Below, in pieces: positions 11,610-21,264 of a DNA stretch of 64,000 nucleotides. Below the pieces are notes generated by a model. It was not told the DNA's origin and did no database searches. It was given only the letters and a program-made list of their open reading frames with translations. The position numbers and the translations under genes are program-made. The first letter of the stretch is position 1, and every line of letters begins with the position of its first letter. The stretch is from an uncultured Anaerolineales bacterium (GTDB lineage: Bacteria; Chloroflexota; Anaerolineae; B4-G1; SLSP01): positions 13,284 to 77,283 of the forward strand of contig CAZDDI010000012.1 of NCBI GenBank assembly GCA_964504195.1, given 5' to 3'.

Positions 11610-11713
11610 GACAACTCCTTACTTTATGTAATGAAGAGTGGTATGGCCAGAGACCGGCCAGAGCATGTTGGGGCTAACCGCCGACCGTGGCCTCTCAGAA
11701 ACACACCCTTATC

Positions 11714-11744
11714 AAAAGGCCCCCCCGCGTTAGCGAGAGGGCCT
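11714..11744 (-). terminator. Intrinsic terminator after tRNA-Leu
   Basis: Minus strand AGGCCCTCTCGC-TAAC-GCGGGGGGGCCT followed by TTT. Confidence 0.7.
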
Positions 11745-11750
11745 GGGTGA

Positions 11751-11832
11751 TGGGGAAGGCGGGACTTGAACCCGCACGCCTTGCGGCACATGATCCTAAG
11801 TCATGCTCGTCTGCCAATTCCGACACTCCCCC
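11751..11832 (-). tRNA. tRNA-Leu(TAG)
   Basis: GGGGGAG/CTTCCCC acceptor stem, anticodon arm CATGA-CTTAGGA-TCATG, long variable arm, GGTTCAAGTCC T-loop; CCA not encoded. Confidence 0.95.
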
Positions 11833-11841
11833 AACGCTTTG

Positions 11842-11869
11842 ATTATACCGCGAAGCGCCGTGAACGCAA
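11842..11869 (-). promoter_or_regulatory. Putative sigma70 promoter of tRNA-Leu
   Basis: TTGCGT-16 bp-TATAAT just upstream of the tRNA. Confidence 0.55.
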
Positions 11870-11871
11870 CC

Positions 11872-13299
11872 TTAAACGGCGGCGATATGTTCCCCGTAGG
11901 CCAGCAGCGCCGAGACCTCGTCTTGTGAGCGGCCTTCGGCATAGACGCGCAACACCGGCTCGGTGCCTGAAGGTCGGATGAGCAGCCAGGCGTCATCCGC
12001 GAGGATGTATTTGACGCCATCCAAATCGCTGATTTCGATCACTGTCTGCCCGGCGAGTTCCGCTGGTGCTTGCTCGGTCAAGCGGGCGACCATCTCTTTC
12101 TTGGGCACCGGGCGCTTGAGCGGAATATCGCGGCGTTCGTAGACTGTTGGGCCAACTGCGCGCTGAATGTCAGCAACCAGCTCGTGCAAGGGCACGCACT
12201 CGTGCGCCATGATTTCCAGAAGTAACATACCCATCAAGATGCCATCGCCTTCGGGGATGTGCCCTTTGATTGAAATTCCTCCGGATTCCTCTCCGCCTAT
12301 CAATACCTCGCCGTTGAGCATGTAATCGGCGATGTAATTGAATCCCACCGGGGTCTCGTGCAGTGGTAAATTGTAGCGTGTTGCCAGCCGGTTGATCATG
12401 CGCGTGGTGGAAACAGTTTTGACCACTGCCCCGCTCCAGCCGCGCACTTCGACCAGATACCGTAGCGCCAGCGCGAAGATGTGATGCGGATCTACAAAAT
12501 TACCGTGTGCGTCTAGCGCGCCGATGCGGTCGGCATCGCCGTCGGTTGCCAGGCCCACATCTGCATGATGGGTTTGGATCGCCGCACTGAGGGCTTGCAA
12601 GTAGTGCGCCATCGGTTCCGGGTGGATGCCACCAAAGCCGGGATTCATCTCTCCGCGAATCTCATACAGCTGACAGCGCGTGCGGCTGAGCAGGTCGCGG
12701 AAAGCGCCGCGCCCAGAACCGTACATGGCATCGGCTACCACGCGCAACTCTGCGCCAGAGACTACATCCAGGTTGAGCAGTTCGGAGAGATGTTGGTAGT
12801 AGGCCCAGGCCGGATCGAAGATACGCACCAGCTTCGTGTGTAACGCTTGCTCGTAATCCATTACATTGATACCACGCGCTTCGCGTTGACCGCGCTCAAG
12901 CTGCGCTTCTACTTGACGCGCTTGTTCGGGCAGCGCCGAGCCGCCGAATGCGGCCTTGAGTTTGAGGCCGTTGTAGCGCGGCGGATTGTGGCTGGCGGTG
13001 ATCATCACGCCGGCCTCCGCGACCTTGTCTACGATGGCGTAGGAAACAGCGGGGGTGGGGGCATCGGCGCGGGTGAGGTGCGCCACGATACCGTTACCGG
13101 CCATTACGCGGGCCACTTCGCGCGCGTAACGGTCGGAGAGAAAGCGGGTATCAAAACCTACTACCACTTCCGGTTGTGAGCGGGTGGCGTTCTCGCGCAC
13201 ATAATCGGCGATAGCCTGTGCCACCAGCCGAACATTCTCGAAGGTAAACGTGTCGCTGATGACTGCGCGCCAGCCATCAGTGCCGAAACGGATGGTCAT
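11872..13299 (-). CDS. Phosphoglucomutase/phosphomannomutase
   Basis: FGTDGWR, TASHNP, DGDADR, GGEESGG, RPSGTEP. Confidence 0.95.
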   Translation of the reverse strand: MTIRFGTDGWRAVISDTFTFENVRLVAQAIADYVRENATRSQPEVVVGFDTRFLSDRYAREVARVMAGNGIVAHLTRADAPTPAVSYAIVDKVAEAGVMITASHNPPRYNGLKLKAAFGGSALPEQARQVEAQLERGQREARGINVMDYEQALHTKLVRIFDPAWAYYQHLSELLNLDVVSGAELRVVADAMYGSGRGAFRDLLSRTRCQLYEIRGEMNPGFGGIHPEPMAHYLQALSAAIQTHHADVGLATDGDADRIGALDAHGNFVDPHHIFALALRYLVEVRGWSGAVVKTVSTTRMINRLATRYNLPLHETPVGFNYIADYMLNGEVLIGGEESGGISIKGHIPEGDGILMGMLLLEIMAHECVPLHELVADIQRAVGPTVYERRDIPLKRPVPKKEMVARLTEQAPAELAGQTVIEISDLDGVKYILADDAWLLIRPSGTEPVLRVYAEGRSQDEVSALLAYGEHIAAV

Positions 13300-13328
13300 G
13301 GGTTACTCCTCCGGGCAGAATGGGGTTT

Positions 13329-13390
13329 GCGTGAAACGTGAAGCGTGAAACATGAAGAAAATATCACGTTTCACGCTTTACGTTTTACTG
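13329..13390. repeat. GTGAAAC heptamer repeat hairpin
   Basis: gcgtgaaacgtgaagcgtgaaacatga ... tcacgtttcacgctttacgttttac (arms in inverted orientation). Confidence 0.8.
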
Positions 13391-13395
13391 GTATG

Positions 13396-13749
13396 TTATT
13401 GAATATGCGCTACGATGCGCGCCGTTTTCCACAGGTCTTCTAGCTGATAATAGGCGCGGGTCTCTGCATCGAACAGATGCGCGATGACGCCGCCATAATC
13501 CAGCAGAATCCAGCCGGAATCCGGTTGCCCTTCGATGCTCAGCGGCTGAATGGTTTTTTCCTCGACTTGCTTAAGCCCTTCTCGAATGGCATATTCAAGC
13601 GCATCCAGTTGCCGGCTGCTGTTGCCGGTGCAGATCACAAAGTAGTCGGTGATGGTGGTCGCGGTTTGTAAATCCAGCACCAAAATATCCTCACCTTGTT
13701 TATCTACGATGATGTCAGAAATCAAGCGTGCTAAAGTTAAGCTATCCAA
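13396..13749 (-). CDS. rsfS: Ribosome silencing factor RsfS
   Basis: DKQGEDI.VLD, DYFVICTG, WILLDYG.VIAH.F..R.YY.LE.LW. Confidence 0.93.
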   Translation of the reverse strand: MDSLTLARLISDIIVDKQGEDILVLDLQTATTITDYFVICTGNSSRQLDALEYAIREGLKQVEEKTIQPLSIEGQPDSGWILLDYGGVIAHLFDAETRAYYQLEDLWKTARIVAHIQ

Positions 13750-13775
13750 ACCCCCTCCTTATAAGAGTTAGAAAA

Positions 13776-14846
13776 TTATAACAGCCCTTTGACGATTTGT
13801 ACGGCACCTTGGATGAACTCGCGGTCATCATCGAGACCGGCGGCCTGGCTCGGCAAGGTTTCGCTCAGTGCCATGCGTACCAGATTGGTCAAGAAGATAG
13901 GTTCCAGGCCAGCAGCGTGGGCTTCCTCGCGCATTTGGAGCGTGCAGAAGGGACACATGAAGACCATTGCTGTCGCATCGTGATCGAGTGCATCCTGGAT
14001 GTTGCGGGCTTTATTGGCTTCGCCGACTGCATGTCCCAGATGCGGTGAAACAGGGCAACTGCAACAGAGCGCATCCATCCGGTCATAAGCGCGGGCAACC
14101 CGTTCCACGCCTATCAGGGTAAATAGTTCGTCTAAAATCGGATCCATCCAAGGCGTGTAGCGGCTCGAGCAGGGTTGCTGGTAGGCGATTTTGAGGTTGA
14201 GCGGGTGAATCTGTTCTGTGTGTGCCTTCAAGTAGTCACGTAGATACTCGATGTAGTGCTTGACCTTGAACGGCACGGGGATACCATATTCTAACGCTTT
14301 GGTCGTATAAGCACTGTAGCAGTCGTCGTGGAACATGATGATTTCGTTGTAGCCCGTTGCGGTCAGCGCGTCAATCCTAGCCTTGAGTGTGTCGCGGATG
14401 TAGGTTTCTTCGCCCACATGAATCCGGCCCAGCACACTCTCGAACTCCCCGCCGCGCAGGTATGTAGCGCCCTCGAACAGTTGTCCCTCGAATAGGTGCG
14501 GAATCACATCCACCATACAAATATTGATGGCCGGTTTGCCGGGTTCGCCAGGGATCACCTCGCCGGGACTTTTGTCAAGTGTGTCCACCAGCTGGTAGTA
14601 GGAGTCTGTTGTTTTGTACACACCGAAGCGTTCCTGAAGTTGTAGAATCAGGTCAAAGGGGTTGGCCCCCTTTTCACAATAGGCGTTGCATGCGACGCAG
14701 GTGACGCACTCGGTAAGAATCGCCGCTGCCTCGCCGTTCACCAATTGTCGAATTTGCTCGCCGCCGGTTTCATTGTTGTAAGCGGTGTACTTGCATAGTG
14801 CCAGACAGTCGCCGCAATAATCACACTTTGCTAGGTTGAAAGCCAT
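13776..14846 (-). CDS. Fe-S oxidoreductase with 4Fe-4S dicluster and CCG-like domain (HdrD/GlpC-like)
   Basis: CDYCGDCLALC, CVTCVACNAYC, YQQPC, LCC, CPFC. Confidence 0.75.
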   Translation of the reverse strand: MAFNLAKCDYCGDCLALCKYTAYNNETGGEQIRQLVNGEAAAILTECVTCVACNAYCEKGANPFDLILQLQERFGVYKTTDSYYQLVDTLDKSPGEVIPGEPGKPAINICMVDVIPHLFEGQLFEGATYLRGGEFESVLGRIHVGEETYIRDTLKARIDALTATGYNEIIMFHDDCYSAYTTKALEYGIPVPFKVKHYIEYLRDYLKAHTEQIHPLNLKIAYQQPCSSRYTPWMDPILDELFTLIGVERVARAYDRMDALCCSCPVSPHLGHAVGEANKARNIQDALDHDATAMVFMCPFCTLQMREEAHAAGLEPIFLTNLVRMALSETLPSQAAGLDDDREFIQGAVQIVKGLL

Positions 14847-14871
14847 GTGTATACCTCCAGATAGCCTTTTT

Positions 14872-15852
14872 CTAAACTTCCGCCAACGCTGTCAATAGTA
14901 GTGTGATGGCCTGCTCCACATCCTTGCTATCTATCATTTCCGAGGGGCTATGGATGTAGCGTGAGGGGATGCTCAGGCAGCCGCTCGGTACACCGGCCCG
15001 CGCCAGCTGCATCGCTGCCGCGTCGGTTGTGCCCCCTTCAAGAATTTCCAACTGGTACGGGATACCGGCCTTGCGTGCTGCCGCAATCAGCCACTCCCGC
15101 GCCATCGGGTGTGCAATCATACCGGCATCCTTGACCTTGACCGCCGGGCCTTTGCCCAACTCCACGGCCATCGGTAGCGATTTGGGCGTATCGCCGGTGG
15201 CAGTCACATCCACCGCAATCGCCAGATCTGGATCAATGGTATACGCACCGGTGCGCGCGCCGGTCAGGCCTACTTCTTCCTGCACGCTAAATAGGAAGTA
15301 CAAGTCGTAGGGCGAAGCTTTGAGCTGGCGCAATACCTCGATTAGCACATAGCAGCCGACGCGATCATCTAGTGTTTTGCTGATGATGCGTCGCCCTAGC
15401 TGTTCCAATGGGCGCACGAAGGCTGCCACATCCCCCACGCCTACCGGGGCATCGTCTTTGCCCGTCGCGCCTACGTCAATGTAAAGCTGCTCCAGTGTAG
15501 GTGGTTTCGAGGTATCCTCGCGCCGCTCCAGGTAAATGACGCCCTGCGCGCCATTGGCGAATCGCACGCGCCCGCCGATGCAGGTGAGCGGGTTGATGCC
15601 GCCCATGCGTGTGAAGCGCAGATAGCCCTGCGCGTCCACGTGTGTCACCATGATGCCGATCTCGTCTATATGCGCGGCTAGCACCACTTTCTTGCCCGCG
15701 CCCTGGCGGTGGGCGATCAGATTGCCCAGTGGCGTTACTTGTACATCATCAACCAGCGGCTCTACTTCCTGGCGGATCAGGTCGCGGATGGTGCTCTCGT
15801 GCCCGGAAGGGCCAAAAGTTTGCGTGAGTTTGGTTAGGAGTTCAAGATCCAT
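14872..15852 (-). CDS. M42 family aminopeptidase
   Basis: AAHIDE, LDDR, QEEVG, DVT, GGTTD, RYIH. Confidence 0.92.
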   Translation of the reverse strand: MDLELLTKLTQTFGPSGHESTIRDLIRQEVEPLVDDVQVTPLGNLIAHRQGAGKKVVLAAHIDEIGIMVTHVDAQGYLRFTRMGGINPLTCIGGRVRFANGAQGVIYLERREDTSKPPTLEQLYIDVGATGKDDAPVGVGDVAAFVRPLEQLGRRIISKTLDDRVGCYVLIEVLRQLKASPYDLYFLFSVQEEVGLTGARTGAYTIDPDLAIAVDVTATGDTPKSLPMAVELGKGPAVKVKDAGMIAHPMAREWLIAAARKAGIPYQLEILEGGTTDAAAMQLARAGVPSGCLSIPSRYIHSPSEMIDSKDVEQAITLLLTALAEV

Positions 15853-15867
15853 GCTATGTTCCTTCGA

Positions 15868-16926
15868 TTAATCTGCGTTAGGGTCCAAAATGTCAGGTGT
15901 TAGCTGCTCCAGCGCCGCGCGTACCAGTGTGTGCGTGTGCGTCAGGTCGTTTGGGTGCAACAACGCGATTGGGCCGTGGATGTATCGGCAGGGGACGGCT
16001 ACGGCGGCGCTAGGGACGCCGCCTCTGGCGATGTGTAGTGCGCCCGCGTCTGTCCCGCCGATGCCGGGCTGTTTGAATTGGTAGGGAATCCCACGCGCCT
16101 CCGCCACTTGCGTTAGATGGCGCACCAGGCGTGGCGCGGAGACGTGCGAGCGATCCATTACCGTGATGACTGCGCCCTTGCTGATTTCGGAGGTCGGGCT
16201 GATGTCGGTGCCGGGCGGCTTGGGCAGGTCATCGGCGATGGTCCCTTCCAGCGCCATTGCCATATCCGGCTCAATGCTGAATCCGGCCACGCGCGCGCCG
16301 CGTAATCCCACTTCCTCCTGCACGGTGAATACGCCGTACAGGTCGTAGGGGAGCGGCGGGCCTTGTAGCAGATGTACGAGCAGGGTGCAGCCAGCGCGAT
16401 CATCAAAGGCTTTACCTGCAACCAGCTGGCCTAGTTCGCGCGCTTGCGTGGCAAACGTGATGCGCGTCCCTACCGGCGCGAGGCGTATCGCCTCATCTTT
16501 GTTGCTCGCGCCGATGTCCACTGCTATACGATCCAGATCCGGGGCCTTCATGGCTCCGTTCGACAGGCGATGTACCGCTTTCTGGCCGATCACGCCGGGT
16601 AGTAAGTTCGGCCCCACGCGCACTTCCAGTCCGGGCAGCAGGCGGGTGTCTATTCCGCCGCAATTCTCGACGCGCAAGCACCCTTCGGACGTGTGGCCGA
16701 CTACCATCAGGCTGACTTCATCCATGTGGGCGGCGACCAGTACGCGCAACGGCAGCGCGCCCGTGCCGCGCTTGAGGGCGATGAGATTGCCTAGCGCATC
16801 CACGCGCAGCGATTCCACATGGCCTTCCAGCATGGGGCGTAACGCCTGGCGGACGCGAATCTCGTCACCGGACGCGCCGTGGATGTTGGAGAGTGTGAAC
16901 AGGGTTTCCAGTAAGGGCGTGGTCAT
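15868..16926 (-). CDS. M42 family aminopeptidase
   Basis: AAHMDE, KAFDDR, QEEVG, GGTD, RYIH. Confidence 0.92.
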   Translation of the reverse strand: MTTPLLETLFTLSNIHGASGDEIRVRQALRPMLEGHVESLRVDALGNLIALKRGTGALPLRVLVAAHMDEVSLMVVGHTSEGCLRVENCGGIDTRLLPGLEVRVGPNLLPGVIGQKAVHRLSNGAMKAPDLDRIAVDIGASNKDEAIRLAPVGTRITFATQARELGQLVAGKAFDDRAGCTLLVHLLQGPPLPYDLYGVFTVQEEVGLRGARVAGFSIEPDMAMALEGTIADDLPKPPGTDISPTSEISKGAVITVMDRSHVSAPRLVRHLTQVAEARGIPYQFKQPGIGGTDAGALHIARGGVPSAAVAVPCRYIHGPIALLHPNDLTHTHTLVRAALEQLTPDILDPNAD

Positions 16927-17978
16927 GCTTCATCCTCCCAGCGGGGCAAATCGGTGGGTTGTAAAGCGGCGACGTACTCGCAGAGTAGCCGCCCTGCGCG
17001 CTCCACATCGCGCAAGCTGAGCAGCTCCACCGGCTGGTGCATATAGCGGGCGGGGATCGAAATCAGCCCGCACGGGATGCCCTCACGCGCTACTTGAATC
17101 GCCCAGGCATCTGTGCCGCTGGAGCCGGGCAGCGGCTCGATTTGATAGGGAATTTCGCCAGCGTCGCCCGCTGCTTTGAGTTTCTCCACCACCTGCGGGT
17201 GGAAATTAGGACCGATGCCCACCGTCGGGCCTTTGTTGAGATCGAATGCGCCGGGGTCGCTATCGTCGTGCTGCTTGGCGAAGGTCACATCCAGCGCGAT
17301 GGCAATCTGTGGCGCGATGCCATAGGCGCTGGTGACGGCACCCTTGCATCCGACTTCCTCTTGCACCGTAGCGACCGCGTAGAAGTCCCAGCTGTGCTCA
17401 CGCTGCCGCAGCGCAGCCAATGCCAGCGTGAGCGCCGCTACCGAAGCGCGATTGTCGCACGCCTTGCCCGCCACGCAGCCGTTCTGCAATTCGATGAGCG
17501 GGCGATCAAACGTGATGGTATCGCCTACCCGCACGCGGCGGGCAACTTCTTCGGCAGGCAGCCCCACATCCACGAAGACCTTGTGCCAGGGCAGCGTCTC
17601 CTCACGCTCTGCGGGCGTGAGAACGTGCGGCGGGCGCGAGCCGATGACGCCGAGCAGTGGTTCCTCTGCATGGACGGTGACCGCCAGCCCCAGCAGCACA
17701 CGCCGATCCATGCCGCCTAGTGATCCGATTTGTAGGAAGCCATCTTCGCTGCCTTTGACAATGAGTGCGATTTCATCGCTGTGGGCTGCCGCCATCAGCG
17801 CGGGGCGGGGTTCCGGGCCGTTGCCGTGTTGTACGGCAATCAGATTCCCCAGCGCGTCGGTGCGGATTTCGTCAACGTAGGGCATCCACAGCTCGCGGAT
17901 GATGGCCGCGACATTGCCCTCGAAGCCAGAAGGCCCGGCGGCTTCGGTGAGTGTTTTGAGTAGTTCCAGGGTTTCCAC
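16923..17978 (-). CDS. M42 family aminopeptidase
   Basis: AAHSDE, KACDNR, QEEVG, DVT, GTD, RYMH. Confidence 0.92.
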   Translation of the reverse strand: METLELLKTLTEAAGPSGFEGNVAAIIRELWMPYVDEIRTDALGNLIAVQHGNGPEPRPALMAAAHSDEIALIVKGSEDGFLQIGSLGGMDRRVLLGLAVTVHAEEPLLGVIGSRPPHVLTPAEREETLPWHKVFVDVGLPAEEVARRVRVGDTITFDRPLIELQNGCVAGKACDNRASVAALTLALAALRQREHSWDFYAVATVQEEVGCKGAVTSAYGIAPQIAIALDVTFAKQHDDSDPGAFDLNKGPTVGIGPNFHPQVVEKLKAAGDAGEIPYQIEPLPGSSGTDAWAIQVAREGIPCGLISIPARYMHQPVELLSLRDVERAGRLLCEYVAALQPTDLPRWEDEA

Positions 17979-18033
17979 GCAAGCTCCTTTGCAAATGACA
18001 AATCAGCAAATCGCAAATCTTAAAATCGCGATG

Positions 18034-18573
18034 TTATGGTATCAGGCTGAGCGGGTTGACCGTTGGTGTGACCGTCACTGTCGCCGTGACGGTGGGGGAG
18101 GCCGTGACGGTGGGCGTGGGCGTCCAGGTAGGCGTCGGCGTCCAGGTGGGTGTGGGTTCATCGGTGGGTGTTTGCGTAGGTGTTGGTGTAGCCGTTGCCG
18201 TCTCTGTAGGTATGGGTGTAGCCGTTGCCGTAGCCGTGCTGGTTAGCGTAGGTAAGTCTGTAGGTGTGTTGGTGGGTGTATTCGTAGGCGTGGGCGTCTG
18301 CGTGGGTGTTGGTGTCGGTGTGAAAGTGGGCGGGAACCACTGTGTTGGTGTCGGTGGCAGCGTGCGTTCCGGTTGTGGCGTGCCTGGGCCTACCAGGTAC
18401 GGTGTTTCGGTAGGGGTAGGCGAAATCTGGGGCGTAGACGTTGGGGTGGGGGGATTTGATGTACCTGGATGGACGGCCAGCATAATGAACCCTGCGCAGT
18501 AGCAGGGAATCGTCGCTAAAATGATGACGATTAGGATGTTGTAAATGGATTTTCGATTGCTTCCAGGTATCAT
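18034..18573 (-). CDS. Membrane-anchored Pro/Thr-rich protein
   Basis: N-terminal hydrophobic segment with PCYC, then long (TP)n/(TA)n low-complexity tail. Confidence 0.7.
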   Translation of the reverse strand: MIPGSNRKSIYNILIVIILATIPCYCAGFIMLAVHPGTSNPPTPTSTPQISPTPTETPYLVGPGTPQPERTLPPTPTQWFPPTFTPTPTPTQTPTPTNTPTNTPTDLPTLTSTATATATPIPTETATATPTPTQTPTDEPTPTWTPTPTWTPTPTVTASPTVTATVTVTPTVNPLSLIP

Positions 18574-18705
18574 CTTTACCCTTCCCCAAACCTAGTTGAT
18601 GCTTTGGAATCTATCTGAAAATTTGTGAAGGTGGTGGTGGAGCCTGTAGGAACCACTGTTGGGTCTTGGTAGGTTCGATCACCGGCGGAATCTTCGGATA
18701 GATAC

Positions 18706-18830
18706 TTTAATTCAGGTTGCCACCTGAGCTGATTCAGAGATTTAGAGTACAGATTTTACGGATCAGATAGATTTTTTTCTGGTTCTTATCAGTAAAATCT
18801 GTATTCTATAAAGATTCTTGCGAACAGGTA
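18706..18830. repeat. Dispersed ~125-bp repeat, copy 1
   Basis: Aligns by eye with 61476-61607 (same orientation) and 41149-41262 (inverted). Confidence 0.75.
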
Positions 18831-18934
18831 ATAACAGGGCCTCTCATCAGCGCAACAGTGTGTCAAGCACAAGCCATGATAGCAGCTTTCAGGCGGATGT
18901 CAAAGGGTGGTCGCCTTGTATGCTGGTGGTATGC

Positions 18935-18970
18935 AAAAAACGGCTGACCATCCAAAGGATGGTCAGCCGT
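18935..18970 (-). terminator. Intrinsic terminator of the sugar ABC operon
   Basis: CGGCTGACCATCC-ttt-GGATGGTCAGCCG followed by TTTTTT on the minus strand. Confidence 0.8.
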
Positions 18971-19038
18971 GTAGGTTCAGAGTGTAATCTGTGTTGGTTC
19001 AGCCGGACGTGTTGGGGGAATTGTGGCAACAAGCTGGG

Positions 19039-19881
19039 TTAACCCTTAACTCCGCCCATGGTCAGACCGGATTCCAGATACTGTTGCAAGCTCAGGAAAA
19101 CAATGAGGGTGGGGACAGAAATCAGTAGCGCGCCGGAGGCAAACAGCCCCCAGGGAACGGTACGGTCGCCAGCGAGTTTATTGAGGGCGACCGGTAGTGT
19201 ATACATGGCTTCTTTGCCTACCAGCATAACCTCAGCCATGATGAACTCGTTCCAGCCGGCCAGGAACCCGAACAGTGCGGTTACAGCGAGCGCGGGCCGC
19301 GCTAACGGCAGGGCGATCTGAATGAACGCCTGGATTGGCCCGGCACCATCAATCATCGCAGCTTCTTCCAGGTCAATAGGGATAGTATCAAAGTAACCCT
19401 TAAGATTCCAGGTGGTGAAGACTAGCGTGCCAGTGGCGTAAGCCAGGATCAATCCCCAATGGCTTCCAAAGAGTCCCAGTGAGCGTAAAATCTGCATGAT
19501 AGGAATCAATGCCAGAACGCCGGGGAAGGCTTGGATTGCCAGTAGCAAGACTAGCACACTTTCGCGGCCTTTGAAACTGAAGCGGGAGAATGCAAAGGCC
19601 CCCGTTGTTGCCAGCGAGACGCAAAAGATTGTAGTTAGCCCGGCTACGAAGAGGCTGTTTTTGAGCCAGGTGAAAAAGGGCTTTTCGAACATTAGCATGT
19701 TGAAGTTGTCCCAGGTGATTTCAGCAGGAATGAACATGCTCACCAAGTTTAGGGTAAGCAATCGCTGCCCAGGGCGTATTGCGGCTAATGCCACGAACCA
19801 GATTGGGTAGATAGCGATGATAGCCGCGAGAACGAGGATGGCGTAGAAGAGAATTTTTACCGGGGGGCTGAGGGTTTTCAT
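19039..19881 (-). CDS. Sugar ABC transporter permease (MalG-like)
   Basis: EAA motif IPIDLEEAAMIDGA; KGYFDTI; LTMGGVKG. Confidence 0.92.
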   Translation of the reverse strand: MKTLSPPVKILFYAILVLAAIIAIYPIWFVALAAIRPGQRLLTLNLVSMFIPAEITWDNFNMLMFEKPFFTWLKNSLFVAGLTTIFCVSLATTGAFAFSRFSFKGRESVLVLLLAIQAFPGVLALIPIMQILRSLGLFGSHWGLILAYATGTLVFTTWNLKGYFDTIPIDLEEAAMIDGAGPIQAFIQIALPLARPALAVTALFGFLAGWNEFIMAEVMLVGKEAMYTLPVALNKLAGDRTVPWGLFASGALLISVPTLIVFLSLQQYLESGLTMGGVKG

Positions 19882-21053
19882 TCGTAGGCTCCTTTTGTGA
19901 TGCGCGTCATGCGTAGACTAAAGAGGGTAGCGGCAAACAGCAGGATGAAAATGACCATCGCAAACGCACCTGCATCGGCATAGCGGTCTCCGCGCAACAA
20001 GGTTTTATAGCCGTAAATCATGACAAATTCTGTAGCACCCGGTTGCCCGGCCCCACGGATTGGCCCGCCGTCGGTTACCAGGTAGACGGTGTTGAACATC
20101 TGGAATGTGCTGATAGAACTTAGTACGATGGCTGGCATGACGGCAGGCCGCAGCAATGGGAGTGTGATGTTCTTCAATTTCTGCCACCAGGTTGCTCCAT
20201 CCACGTCGGCGGCCTCGTACTGGTCGGCGGGGATGGATTGGAGCGCGCCGAGGATGATGGTCATAAAGAATGGGTAGCTCAGCCAGAGATTGATGATTAC
20301 CACAGCCGCAAATGCCCAGACATCCACCTGGAGCCAGGCTGGCGGATTAGCGACACCCACACTGCGGAGCACCTGGTTGAATAGCCCCTGTTCTGTGCGG
20401 AAGAAGAATTGCCAAATCAGCGCCGTAATGTAAGATGGGACTGCCCAGGGGAAAATTAACAGCGTGCGCCAAGCACCTTTGTTTTTGATCTCGTCATTGT
20501 TGAGAATTAATGCGATGATTAACCCTACTATGAAGAAGAGGGGGATACATGCCGCCACATAGAGGCAGGTCCGGAACATGACAACGAAGAAATCGTTGGC
20601 GCGCATCAGCACGTTCAACGCCCCCTGCACATCGGCAACGTACCACATCGCCACGCTCGCGGCCATACTTACTAACCACCACCACCAGGTGTCTGGTGGG
20701 CTAAGGGATTGTTTCTTGGTGCGTGAAACGAGCCAATTGGTGATAATCAAGGGCAAAAACAGCAGTCCGAAACGTAACCAGGCGAGCAGTGCCGCCCCTT
20801 CTAGCAAGGGGCCAAACAGTTCGATGTAATTGCCGAGCAAAGGTTCATTCCAGCAATAAAATCGGGGGGTTTTAGGCACGCACTCCCAAATGTTGGCGGG
20901 GGCTTGCATATAAAAGCGGCTCCGGTTGGTCAATGAGATAAAGATGTTGTAACCAATAGGATAGAGACTTAACAGTGTGACGCCGAGGATAGTGGGGAGA
21001 ATGAAGAGCGCAATAATGAGCGTTTTCCTCCACCCGCGTATTGAGACACCCAT
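19878..21053 (-). CDS. Sugar ABC transporter permease (MalF-like)
   Basis: PWAVP, LQSIP..YEAADVDGA; start MGVS follows GGAGG. Confidence 0.9.
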   Translation of the reverse strand: MGVSIRGWRKTLIIALFILPTILGVTLLSLYPIGYNIFISLTNRSRFYMQAPANIWECVPKTPRFYCWNEPLLGNYIELFGPLLEGAALLAWLRFGLLFLPLIITNWLVSRTKKQSLSPPDTWWWWLVSMAASVAMWYVADVQGALNVLMRANDFFVVMFRTCLYVAACIPLFFIVGLIIALILNNDEIKNKGAWRTLLIFPWAVPSYITALIWQFFFRTEQGLFNQVLRSVGVANPPAWLQVDVWAFAAVVIINLWLSYPFFMTIILGALQSIPADQYEAADVDGATWWQKLKNITLPLLRPAVMPAIVLSSISTFQMFNTVYLVTDGGPIRGAGQPGATEFVMIYGYKTLLRGDRYADAGAFAMVIFILLFAATLFSLRMTRITKGAYE

Positions 21054-21174
21054 AGAGTCCTCCTTGATTAAAGATTTGTGGAAGGCAAAGCAACGCATGA
21101 AGACACACTACTTATTGTAAGCATTTCTACTGCATTTGCAAATCCGGGTTTGATGGGGGGCTTGCTGCTAATAA

Positions 21175-21257
21175 CACAAGCGCGTCCTAACCATTGAGGT
21201 GGTAGGACGCGCTTGTTAAATTAAAACTGGAGTGAGGAAGCCCTCACTCCAGTTTAG
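21175..21257. other. Two intergenic hairpins between the binding-protein and permease genes
   Basis: acaagcgcgtccta...taggacgcgcttgt and aaactggagtgagg-aag-cctcactccagttt. Confidence 0.65.
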
Positions 21258-21264
21258 AGATGAC

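Noticed and set aside
11690-11712. TPP-riboswitch-like GGGTG...CTGAGA upstream of the ECF S gene
   Set aside because: The downstream conserved CCC...ACCTGA...TAAT...GCG.AGG elements are absent
11751-11832. tRNA-Leu as integration site for the nearby AT-rich islet
   Set aside because: No duplicated tRNA 3' end or integrase was seen, and GC-rich ECF genes separate the tRNA from the islet
18056-18502. Val/Gly-repeat ORF
   Set aside because: It is the reverse complement of the Pro/Thr-rich gene
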